From Clostridiales bacterium (GTDB taxonomy: Bacteria > Bacillota > Clostridia > Oscillospirales > CAG-272), in assembly GCA_022793655.1 (NCBI GenBank), contig JAAWDG010000013.1:128230-192229 (forward strand): a stretch of DNA of 64,000 nucleotides, given 5' to 3'. Positions 18,002 to 26,155 of this stretch are shown here, in pieces; position 1 is the stretch's first letter; each line of letters begins with the position of its first letter. Both the position numbers and the translations under genes were made by a program. Below the pieces are notes generated by a model. That model saw only the letters and a program-made list of their open reading frames with translations, was not told the DNA's origin and made no database searches.

Positions 18002-18502
18002 GTGGAGAAAAACTACGAAGAATATATTACCTCAAAACAGTTTGCTCAAAATTGCTTTATGAAATTGCTATCGGACGGAAAGCCACACGCCTATAAAGAA
18101 ATCGTTGCCTATATCAATAAAACGAGAATTGAAGAAAATAGACCAGAAGTACACTCGTTATTAAATAATGCAGTATCTTTCATAAAGCCACTCGTTGACG
18201 ATGAGAATTCTCCATACACCCACATTCGGCACGGCTGGTATCAAATGACAGTACAACCGTCAATAGCAAGGTGGACACACATTTTGGATAAAGCTACAGA
18301 ACTGCAGTGCCTTATTCAAATAGAAACTAATATGACTTTAAATATCTTGAGTAACAATGATCGTCAGGAATTTGAACATATGATCTCTTTAGAATATGAC
18401 ACTACTGATTTGTTGATAGATTATATTTCCGTCTGCCTTGCCAAGTTGGAGGACATTGATAACGACATAAATGAGGATGGAGTTCCGACCATACAGATAT
18501 GA
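18002..18502 (+). CDS. Hypothetical protein in an AT-rich islet (166 aa, GTG start)
   Basis: RBS aaggag. The N-terminal part (KLLSDGKPHAYKEIVAYINK) may be winged-helix-like. Confidence 0.45.
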   Translation: MEKNYEEYITSKQFAQNCFMKLLSDGKPHAYKEIVAYINKTRIEENRPEVHSLLNNAVSFIKPLVDDENSPYTHIRHGWYQMTVQPSIARWTHILDKATELQCLIQIETNMTLNILSNNDRQEFEHMISLEYDTTDLLIDYISVCLAKLEDIDNDINEDGVPTIQI

Positions 18503-18513
18503 GGTGTAATAAT

Positions 18514-18936
18514 ATGACAAAGGAAGAATTTATACACTGTCTCAATGCGATTAAGTCAAACAGCGAACAGACTGCTAAGAAATGGATTGAATGGGCAGAG
18601 GAACAGGAAGATTACGATAGCTGTCAGCACACATTGCCAGAGAATGAATATGCAACTGCTGATATGTTCCTGGATGAATTTGCTTCTATGTTTGATCGCA
18701 TTGCAGAGAAACATGGCGCAGAAATTGCCGCCAAGATGATCGGTCTTGCTGACATTCCAGCTTGCCCATATCCGTGGGAGATAATGAGGGCCGCAGAGTA
18801 TCTTGCAGGTGGCGGTGATCTGAATAAGATCACTGAGATGGAAACAGAAGGTGTATTTGAGGATGGCAGCTACCGCCTTCCAAGAAAGATGTCAAGCGAG
18901 GAAGGTGAGCACGAAGCACCCACCATGCAGATGTGA
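18514..18936 (+). CDS. Hypothetical acidic protein in an AT-rich islet (140 aa)
   Basis: RBS tgaggtg upstream of ATG 18514, overlapping the end of the previous gene. Confidence 0.45.
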   Translation: MTKEEFIHCLNAIKSNSEQTAKKWIEWAEEQEDYDSCQHTLPENEYATADMFLDEFASMFDRIAEKHGAEIAAKMIGLADIPACPYPWEIMRAAEYLAGGGDLNKITEMETEGVFEDGSYRLPRKMSSEEGEHEAPTMQM

Positions 18937-19008
18937 ACGCCGTATCAGGCAAGTGTCCGCCCACTGTGAAATCGAGATGTAAAAGCGGATAACACAAGGC
19001 AGATGTGT

Positions 19009-19244
19009 GCTTTTCGACCTCGGACGAAAAATTCGACACGAGGTCGAAAAGCAAGCAGGAGAAAGAGAGGTGGGTTGCGATGCACCCACCTCTCGATTCA
19101 CAGCGGACGGCAACGCCGACCGCAAGGGACTTTTTGCAGTTTATCCTCTAATTTTTTAGGGTGGGTTGCTGTAGATGAAAAAATGAAACAGATGGGTTGC
19201 AAGCGAGACAAACGCCGAAAGTACGGCCGTTTGACAATGGTTGC
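19009..19244 (+). other. Candidate origin of transfer (oriT)
   Basis: Non-coding gap directly upstream of the RHH accessory gene and the relaxase. It holds a perfect 14-bp inverted repeat (GCTTTTCGACCTCG 19009-19022 / CGAGGTCGAAAAGC 19039-19052) and an 11-bp inverted repeat (GAGAGGTGGGT 19065-19075 / ACCCACCTCTC 19084-19094). There are three exact TGGGTTGC copies (19071, 19162, 19193) plus ATGGTTGC (19237). Confidence 0.5.
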
Positions 19245-19276
19245 AATATATTTGCAGATGAAACGGAGGTGGTAGG

Positions 19277-19684
19277 ATGTCTGCACCGAAGGACAAGAAA
19301 AAGTTCCTGCTATGGGCGTATCCGTCTACGCTGGAACTGGTCAAGAACAACTACAGAAAAGACAAATGTAAGAGCCAGTCGGAATTCATTGAGCGAGCCA
19401 TTCAGTATTACGTCGGTCATGTCAACGCAGACGATGACACCTCGTATCTGCCTAACGCTTTCCTCTCAAATATGAAAAGCATTGTGGTCGAGAGTGACAA
19501 CCGCATCAGCCGCCTACTGTTTAAACTGGCGGTAGAGCTTGCAGTCACCATGAATGTGGTGGCTGCAACTAATGAGATTGATAAACAATCGCTGGATCGG
19601 CTGCGCGGCGAGTGCGTGAAAGAACTGAAACGACTGAACGGTCAGTTTTCCTTCGACGATGCTGTTGACTGGCAAAGCGAATAA
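19277..19684 (+). CDS. Ribbon-helix-helix relaxosome accessory protein (MobC-like role)
   Basis: KKFLLWAYPSTLELVKNNY...SQSEFIERAIQYYV is RHH-like. It sits 3 nt upstream of the relaxase gene. RBS GGAGG. Confidence 0.55.
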   Translation: MSAPKDKKKFLLWAYPSTLELVKNNYRKDKCKSQSEFIERAIQYYVGHVNADDDTSYLPNAFLSNMKSIVVESDNRISRLLFKLAVELAVTMNVVAATNEIDKQSLDRLRGECVKELKRLNGQFSFDDAVDWQSE

Positions 19685-19687
19685 CTC

Positions 19688-21862
19688 ATGGCACGGCTGA
19701 TAACTAAATTCAAATATTTAAAGCCAAATGACCGCATGCGTGTCGGCGGCTACGCAAAATATATCGCCACCCGTAAAGGCGTGGATAAGATTGACGATTC
19801 AAAGAAATATGCTCCGGCAACTGTTCGGCAAAAGAAACTGATTGAGAAATTGCTCAAAGATTTTCCCGACTGCAAATCCATGCTCGAATACGAAGACTAT
19901 ATACAAAAGCCAAATATGGAAAATGCCTCCGAGTTTATCTCCCGCGCTGTTGAAAACAACGCGGACGAAACGAAGGACGCAAAAACCTACGCCGACTACA
20001 TCGCTACCCGTCCGAGAGCGCAGCGGTTTGGATCGCATGGGCTGTTTACGGACGACGGCGTTCAGGTGCAGCTCTCCAAAGTGTCGAAGGAACTGAATCT
20101 CCATGAAGGCAATGTGTGGACGGCAATCCTCTCCCTGCGCCGTGAAGATGCGGAGCGACTTGACTATAATACCGGCGTACGGTGGCGAGATATGCTGCGG
20201 ACGCAGACCGAAGCTCTATCAACGAACCTCCATATCCCTATGCAGAACCTCAAATGGTTTGCCGCTTTCCATAACGAGAGCCATCATCCCCATGTGCATC
20301 TGATTGTCTACTCGACAAAGCAAAGCGAAGGCTATCTCTCCAAAGAAGGAGTGAACAGTCTGCGTTCTTCCTTTGCGAAAGACATCTTTGCTGGAGACTT
20401 CATCAGTGTTTATGAGAAGCAGAGCGAGCATCGGGATACGCTAAAAGACCAGAGCCAGAGTGTTATGGCTGAAATTATCTCGCAGATCAATACTGGAGTC
20501 TATGACAATCCGAAGCTCGAATCCATGCTGACCGAGCTTGCCGATAGACTGGCAAAGAGCTCCGGCAAAAAGGTGTACGGCTATCTGAAAGCGGACGTCA
20601 AAGATTTAATTGACCGCATCGTGGATGAGCTTGCAGCCGATGAACGAGTCGCAAGGCTCTATGACTTGTGGTACGAGCAGCGGGAAAATGTCATCCGCAC
20701 CTACACGGAAGCATTGCCGGAGCGAGCGCCGTTATCACAGAACAAGGAATTCAAATCGATCAAGAACGCTGTCATACAGGAAGCGATGAACATTATCGCC
20801 GACCGTATTCCCATAGAAGATGCGGAGGAACAGCCTGCTCCCGATCCCGAACCGAGTGATATTGAAACAGAACCGATACTGACAGACGAAGAAAAGAATC
20901 CTCTCATGTGGAAGTATTATCGACAAGCCAAATATTTGCTTGATAAAGACAGCGAAGCCTATGATCCGAATACTGCCGTCGAATTCTTAATTGAGTCTGC
21001 AAAGCTTGGCTGCGGCGCCTCTAAATACCGTCTCGGCAAGATGTTCCTACGCGGCGATGAGGTGGTGAAAAATATCGACTACGCCCTGCTCTGGCTGGAA
21101 GAATCGGCAGCGGAGCAAAATCCGTATGCCGAATATCTGCTCGGCAAGACGCTTCTCAAAGGCGAAGATGTGGAACAGGACTTTCTCCGCGCGGAGGATT
21201 TGCTGCGGCGGTCATCGGCACAGGGCAACCGATACGCGAAATATACGCTCGGCAAGACTCTGCTTGACGGTGAACTGTTCCTGCAAAATATTCCCGAAGC
21301 AATCAAGCTGATTACCGAATCGGCTGACGATGGCTTCGCTCCTGCACAGTATCTCCTCGGAAAGCTATTGTACAAAGGCGAAGTCATGTCACAAAATTTG
21401 GAAAAAGCAATTGCCTATCTTGAACAGGCAACTGCGCAGAAGAATCCCTACGCCGCCTACCTTGCCGGAAAACTGCGGCTCACCGAAGACGCAGTCAAGG
21501 ATATACCAAAAGCAATCCACAACTTTGAGATCGCTGCAGAGAACGGAAATGACTACGCAGAATATCAGCTCGGTAAGATTTATCTCTACGGAAAAGATAC
21601 CGAGCGTAACTATGATAAGGCGATAGCGTACCTCACAGCCTCCGCCGAACACGGCAATCAGTACGCCGCACAGCTTCTCCACAGTATCAAATCAAACCGC
21701 AACTACTCGGCGGCACTCGGCTCGCTACGCCTGCTTGGTCAGATCAGCCGTGCGATACAGAATCGCCTGGAGGATGAGCGAAAAGACAAAGCGGGCGCTA
21801 TCGACCGCAAGCTGAAACGAATCATCGATGAGAAGAAGCAGGCGCATGGTTTGAAGCCATAA
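19688..21862 (+). CDS. MobP3/MobL-type relaxase fused to C-terminal Sel1-like repeats (724 aa)
   Basis: N-terminus KYIATRKGVDKI and histidine triad HNESHHPHVHLIVYS. The C-terminal half has at least 6 Sel1-type repeats (YRLGKMF..G, AEYLLGKTLLKG, AKYTLGKTLLDG, AQYLLGKLLYKG, AAYLAGKL, AEYQLGKIYLYG). Confidence 0.85.
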   Translation: MARLITKFKYLKPNDRMRVGGYAKYIATRKGVDKIDDSKKYAPATVRQKKLIEKLLKDFPDCKSMLEYEDYIQKPNMENASEFISRAVENNADETKDAKTYADYIATRPRAQRFGSHGLFTDDGVQVQLSKVSKELNLHEGNVWTAILSLRREDAERLDYNTGVRWRDMLRTQTEALSTNLHIPMQNLKWFAAFHNESHHPHVHLIVYSTKQSEGYLSKEGVNSLRSSFAKDIFAGDFISVYEKQSEHRDTLKDQSQSVMAEIISQINTGVYDNPKLESMLTELADRLAKSSGKKVYGYLKADVKDLIDRIVDELAADERVARLYDLWYEQRENVIRTYTEALPERAPLSQNKEFKSIKNAVIQEAMNIIADRIPIEDAEEQPAPDPEPSDIETEPILTDEEKNPLMWKYYRQAKYLLDKDSEAYDPNTAVEFLIESAKLGCGASKYRLGKMFLRGDEVVKNIDYALLWLEESAAEQNPYAEYLLGKTLLKGEDVEQDFLRAEDLLRRSSAQGNRYAKYTLGKTLLDGELFLQNIPEAIKLITESADDGFAPAQYLLGKLLYKGEVMSQNLEKAIAYLEQATAQKNPYAAYLAGKLRLTEDAVKDIPKAIHNFEIAAENGNDYAEYQLGKIYLYGKDTERNYDKAIAYLTASAEHGNQYAAQLLHSIKSNRNYSAALGSLRLLGQISRAIQNRLEDERKDKAGAIDRKLKRIIDEKKQAHGLKP

Positions 21863-21918
21863 TAGTTTGCCATGATTTACCGATAGAATAAAGGTGCGAT
21901 ATGCGATATAATAGATAC

Positions 21919-21932
21919 GAAACATTTGTTCG
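21919..21932. promoter_or_regulatory. Candidate LexA (SOS) operator upstream of dinB
   Basis: AAACATTTGTTC (21920-21931) has the reverse complement GAACAAATGTTT, which fits the Firmicutes GAAC-N4-GTT(C/T) SOS box. It lies between a TATAAT hexamer (21907-21912) and the dinB RBS. Confidence 0.5.
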
Positions 21933-21952
21933 TTGCTATTTTGGAGAGGTTT

Positions 21953-23194
21953 ATGGAAAGAATCATACTGCATTCGGATTTGAATAATTTTTATGCCTCG
22001 GTAGAGTGTTTATATAATCCGTCCCTGCGAGGAAAGCCTATTGCTGTGTCCGGCAATCCCGAAGAGCGTCACGGGATTGTACTTGCGAAAAATTACGCCG
22101 CCAAAGCCTGCGGTGTTGCTACGGGAAATCCGCTGTGGATGGCAAAACAGAAATGTCCGGATATTGTTTTTGTGCCTCCGCACTACGATCTGTATATGAA
22201 ATACTCGCAGATTGCGCGTGAGATTTACAGCGAATACACCGATCAGGTGGAGTCATACGGACTTGACGAGTGCTGGATGGATGTAACCGGCAGCACGCAT
22301 CTGTTCGGCGACGGAAAGGCGATCGCGGACAAACTGCGTGAGAGAATCAAATTTGAGCTTGGCGTGACCGCATCGGTCGGAGTCAGCTACAATAAAATTT
22401 TTGCCAAGCTCGGCAGCGATATGAAAAAGCCGGACGCGACCACCGTTATTACAAGCGACCGCTTCCGTGAAATTGTATGGCCGCTGTCTGTAAATGATCT
22501 TCTCTATGTAGGACGGGCAACGCATAACAAATTGAAGCGATACGGCATTCAGACGATCGGCGATCTTGCACAGTCGGATCAGAATTTTCTGAAAAGTCTG
22601 CTCGGGCAAAACGGAGTCATGCTGTGGATGTTCGCAAACGGGCTGGATACTTCTCCGGTATCTAATATCGACGCGAAATCCTTAATTAAATCCATCGGAA
22701 ACAGCACGACCGCACCGCGCGATCTTGTTACCGATGAAGATATTCGTATTACACTTATGGTATTGTGCGAGAGCGTATCCGCACGTATGCGGGAGTACGG
22801 CTTTGTCTGCAACACCTTACAAATCGGCGTGCGTGACAACGAGCTGCACAGCTACGAAAGACAGGGTAAGCTGTACTATCCCAACCGCACAGCAAAAGCA
22901 TTGCTTGATAAATCGTTTGAATTGTACAAGCGTCATCACACATCGGGTAAGCCTGTGCGTTCGCTCAGTGTCCGTGCCTGCAATCTGTCGCTGAATGAGA
23001 ATGAACAACTGTCACTGCTTCCGGAGATTTCGAACATTCAAAGGCAGGAGACACTGGAGAGTACCGTGGATCATATCCGAAAACAATTCGGCCACTTCTC
23101 CATTCAGAATGGATTGCTGCTCTCCGATAGACAGTTATCTTCCCTCAATCCTAAAGACGACCATGTGATTCACCCAGAGTCTTTTTTAAAATGA
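21953..23194 (+). CDS. dinB: Y-family DNA polymerase IV (DinB/ImpB type)
   Basis: ILHSDLNNFYASVE, GLDECWMDVTG and SVGVSYNKIFAKLGSDMKKP are canonical Y-family motifs. RBS ggagag. Confidence 0.9.
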   Translation: MERIILHSDLNNFYASVECLYNPSLRGKPIAVSGNPEERHGIVLAKNYAAKACGVATGNPLWMAKQKCPDIVFVPPHYDLYMKYSQIAREIYSEYTDQVESYGLDECWMDVTGSTHLFGDGKAIADKLRERIKFELGVTASVGVSYNKIFAKLGSDMKKPDATTVITSDRFREIVWPLSVNDLLYVGRATHNKLKRYGIQTIGDLAQSDQNFLKSLLGQNGVMLWMFANGLDTSPVSNIDAKSLIKSIGNSTTAPRDLVTDEDIRITLMVLCESVSARMREYGFVCNTLQIGVRDNELHSYERQGKLYYPNRTAKALLDKSFELYKRHHTSGKPVRSLSVRACNLSLNENEQLSLLPEISNIQRQETLESTVDHIRKQFGHFSIQNGLLLSDRQLSSLNPKDDHVIHPESFLK

Positions 23195-23247
23195 TAATGC
23201 ATATAGAAAAAAGTACAGCATATAGTTCATTTGAGTGAGGTGATTCT

Positions 23248-23709
23248 TTGAAAATACAATGGAAAAAATTGATTTTATGTATTGTACTCCCGCTTGCGGT
23301 CGGCGGTTTGTCCGCACTTTTAACACGCGGCGGAATGGAAGTTTTCCAGTCGTTAAATAAACCGCTGCTTTCTCCTCCGGGATGGCTGTTTCCGGTCGTA
23401 TGGACGATCTTATACATTCTGATGGGGATTGCTTCATATCTTGTGCTTACATCGGGAAAACCGAACCGTGCTGCCCTGACTGTATACGGAATACAGCTTG
23501 CTTTTAATTTCTTTTGGTCTATCATTTTCTTTAACCTTGAAGCCTATTTGTTCTCCTTTATCTGGCTTGTGATCTTATGGATTCTTATATTTGTAACCAT
23601 GATCCTGTTTTACGGAATATCGAAGCCAGCAGGATATCTTTTGCTTCCGTATTTACTGTGGGTGACATTTGCAGGATACCTTAACTTTTATATTTATCTT
23701 CTCAACTAA
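23248..23709 (+). CDS. tspO: TspO/MBR tryptophan-rich sensory protein
   Basis: Five TM helices with LNKPLLSPPGWLFPVVWTILY, YGIQLAFNFFWS and LLPYLLWVTFAGYLN. TTG start. Confidence 0.85.
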   Translation: MKIQWKKLILCIVLPLAVGGLSALLTRGGMEVFQSLNKPLLSPPGWLFPVVWTILYILMGIASYLVLTSGKPNRAALTVYGIQLAFNFFWSIIFFNLEAYLFSFIWLVILWILIFVTMILFYGISKPAGYLLLPYLLWVTFAGYLNFYIYLLN

Positions 23710-23710
23710 A

Positions 23711-23747
23711 AGAAAACCATTGTCTGACAAAGAGACAATGGTTTTCT
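23711..23747. terminator. Bidirectional intrinsic terminator
   Basis: 15-bp perfect stem AGAAAACCATTGTCT / AGACAATGGTTTTCT with a 7-nt loop, between convergent genes. Confidence 0.75.
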
Positions 23748-23751
23748 TCTC

Positions 23752-24186
23752 TTATAGAAACTTACGGATATCAATCGCCAGTTTTTCTTCCAGATTTATA
23801 AGCCGCTTTGCAATATCCTTACTTTTCTCATCAGCGGCTTCGTATTGGTTCAGATATCTGTTCAGGGATTTTACGCCCATGTTGCATCCGTCTGTGATCA
23901 GATCGGCAACGGTTTTATCCGACTCGTCGATGCCCAGCTTTACATTTGTTTTTATCCATGACATACCTTTTGCCATAGGGTTTGGTTCTTTACCCTCGTC
24001 ATGAAATTCATCAAGCAGTGTCTGAATTTCCGTGTTTAATTTCTCATGTTCGTTTCTGCAATCCGCCAAATAGTTCCGCAGGGTATCGTCATGAACATAG
24101 TTCATAACATCATCAATGGATGAAATTCCCATTTTAATTCCGGCGTCGCATTCACGAAGCAACTTTATTGTATCCTGCTCAATCAT
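23752..24186 (-). CDS. Helical (four-helix-bundle-like) protein of unknown function (144 aa)
   Basis: ATG at 24186 with RBS aaaggagaaa. All-helical heptad-like sequence. Confidence 0.4.
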   Translation of the reverse strand: MIEQDTIKLLRECDAGIKMGISSIDDVMNYVHDDTLRNYLADCRNEHEKLNTEIQTLLDEFHDEGKEPNPMAKGMSWIKTNVKLGIDESDKTVADLITDGCNMGVKSLNRYLNQYEAADEKSKDIAKRLINLEEKLAIDIRKFL

Positions 24187-24263
24187 TTTATTTCTCCTTT
24201 TAAGTCTTTGATACAGAATAGTGTACCCGAAAAAAGGAATACTATTTGTATTGAGGTGTGCAT

Positions 24264-24503
24264 ATGGCAAGAAAAGTTTTTGTGGAAGTTATGGCGAGGT
24301 TTGATACCGAAGGAAAGATAACGCCGCTGTCCCTTTTGTGGGAGGATGGAACGGTGTATGAAATAGACCGAGTGATTGATGTGCGCCGTGCGGCTTCTCT
24401 GAAAGCGGGCGGCATGGGAATACGGTATACGGTCAGGATAAACGGAAAACAAAGTTATTTATTTTATGAAGAACCGAAATGGTTTGTGGAGGCAAAAGTC
24501 TGA
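24264..24503 (+). CDS. Small hypothetical protein (79 aa) upstream of the SRAP gene
   Basis: RBS gaggtg. No motif recognised. Confidence 0.4.
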   Translation: MARKVFVEVMARFDTEGKITPLSLLWEDGTVYEIDRVIDVRRAASLKAGGMGIRYTVRINGKQSYLFYEEPKWFVEAKV

Positions 24504-24599
24504 AAGATAATGACAGCAAGAAGCGTGAGCACACCTCTTTCACACACGATTTGCACCTCATGCCGAGGCACAAATCCAAAGAAAGGCAGGATTATAATT

Positions 24600-25166
24600 A
24601 TGTGCGGACGGTATTCATTATTTGATGATCAAGATAATACGGAGATACGGCAGATCATTGCGGAAGTGAATCAGCGATATCCCGACCGACCGATTCGGAC
24701 AGGCGAGATATTTCCGACGAACACCGTGCCTGTATTGACAGCGGACAAATTGAATTTGTCTCCGAAACCGCTTGTATGGGGTTTTCCGAAATTTACGGGC
24801 AGTGGAGTTATCATCAACGCCCGCGTGGAAACGGCAGGGGAAAAGAAAACATTTCGAGAAAGCCTTCTCACAAACCGATGCATCGTACCGAGTACAGGAT
24901 TTTATGAATGGAATGCACAAAAGAAAAAATATCTGTTCCGGCTGCCCGGTGAACAGGTATTGTATATGGCAGGAATTAGTAAGGAGTATGATGGGACACA
25001 AAGATATGTAATTCTCACAACCTCCGCTAACGAGTCCATGAAGGATGTGCATCACCGAATGCCGGTGATCCTGCCGAAAGATAAATTACAGATGTGGACG
25101 TCAGACACCGATGCAGCGATGAATTATCTGCACAGCGATATGCCGCAACTTGTAAGGACAGAATAA
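24600..25166 (+). CDS. SOS-response-associated peptidase (SRAP/YedK family; abasic-site DNA-protein crosslinking)
   Basis: Begins MCGRYSL (catalytic Cys2), with conserved FYEW and HHRMPVIL motifs. Confidence 0.85.
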   Translation: MCGRYSLFDDQDNTEIRQIIAEVNQRYPDRPIRTGEIFPTNTVPVLTADKLNLSPKPLVWGFPKFTGSGVIINARVETAGEKKTFRESLLTNRCIVPSTGFYEWNAQKKKYLFRLPGEQVLYMAGISKEYDGTQRYVILTTSANESMKDVHHRMPVILPKDKLQMWTSDTDAAMNYLHSDMPQLVRTE

Positions 25167-25178
25167 TGCTATTGTTTA

Positions 25179-25219
25179 CCCCTGATTAAGTTTAAACTTA
25201 ATCAGGGGATTTTTTATTT
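25179..25219 (+). terminator. Intrinsic terminator (30-bp perfect palindrome plus T-run)
   Basis: CCCCTGATTAAGTTTAAACTTAATCAGGGG (25179-25208) followed by ATTTTTTATTT. Confidence 0.8.
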
Positions 25220-25234
25220 ATGAAAGGAGTTACC

Positions 25235-26155
25235 ATGTCAAGCTATATTCATTTTACAGACGAGCAGAAAGAACAAGCGCGTCAGACCGACCTCGCCGAT
25301 CTGCTTCGCAGACAGGGCGAAACGCTGAAACGCTCCGGTTCGGAATGGGAATGGCGTGACGGATCGCAGAAGGTGACCGTCCGGGGAAATCTGTGGTTTC
25401 ATCAATATGAACAGAAAGGCGGCGATGCCATTGCATTCGTCCGCCGCTTTATGGGCAAGACCTACACGCAGGCAATGGAATATTTGATCGGCGGCTGCGA
25501 AGGCACACTCGCCGTATCATCGCCTATCGTTAAAGAACGAAAGCCGTTTGTATTGCCGAATAGGAACGATACGATGCGCCGAGTCTATGCCTATCTTGTA
25601 AACCATCGCGGCATTGACCGCGATGTACTGTATGCATTTGTGCAAAAAGGATTGATTTATGAATCGGCACAATATCACAATGCGGTATTTATCGGGAAGG
25701 ATCAGGCAGGCGTTCCCCGTCATGCGCATCTGCGAGGCACAGGACAGACAAGCACCTTCAAAGGAAATACTGATAGCTGCGATCCGATGTACAGTTTTCA
25801 CTGGCGTGGAGCAAGCGACAAGCTATATCTGTTCGAAGCGCCCATCGATATGCTCAGTTTCATATCCATGCATTTAAAAGACTGGCAAAAGCACAGCTAC
25901 GCTGCCTGCTGCGGAGTGTCCGATTATGTGCTATGGCAGATGATAAAGGATAATCCTCGAATCGATACCGTCTATCTCTGCCTCGATAATGACGAGGCAG
26001 GATGCAAAGCGAACAAACGAATATCCGATGCCCTTTATAAAAAGGGCATAAAACACGAAATCCTCATTCCAAACCGAAAGGACTGGAATGAGGATTTACT
26101 ATATCTGGCAGAAGAACAGAAGGTGGAAGAACCATGTCAGGCGTTACAGCTTTAG
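25235..26155 (+). CDS. Toprim-domain protein (DUF3991/primase-like) of conjugative elements
   Basis: LYLFEAPIDMLSF and YLCLDNDEAG (Toprim acidic motif). RBS aaaggag. Confidence 0.7.
   Translation: MSSYIHFTDEQKEQARQTDLADLLRRQGETLKRSGSEWEWRDGSQKVTVRGNLWFHQYEQKGGDAIAFVRRFMGKTYTQAMEYLIGGCEGTLAVSSPIVKERKPFVLPNRNDTMRRVYAYLVNHRGIDRDVLYAFVQKGLIYESAQYHNAVFIGKDQAGVPRHAHLRGTGQTSTFKGNTDSCDPMYSFHWRGASDKLYLFEAPIDMLSFISMHLKDWQKHSYAACCGVSDYVLWQMIKDNPRIDTVYLCLDNDEAGCKANKRISDALYKKGIKHEILIPNRKDWNEDLLYLAEEQKVEEPCQALQL

Noticed and set aside
25179-25208. A 30-bp perfect palindrome (with a central GTTTAAAC), considered as a recombination or engineered site.
   Set aside because: It is followed directly by a T-run at the end of the SRAP gene, so it is most simply an intrinsic terminator.
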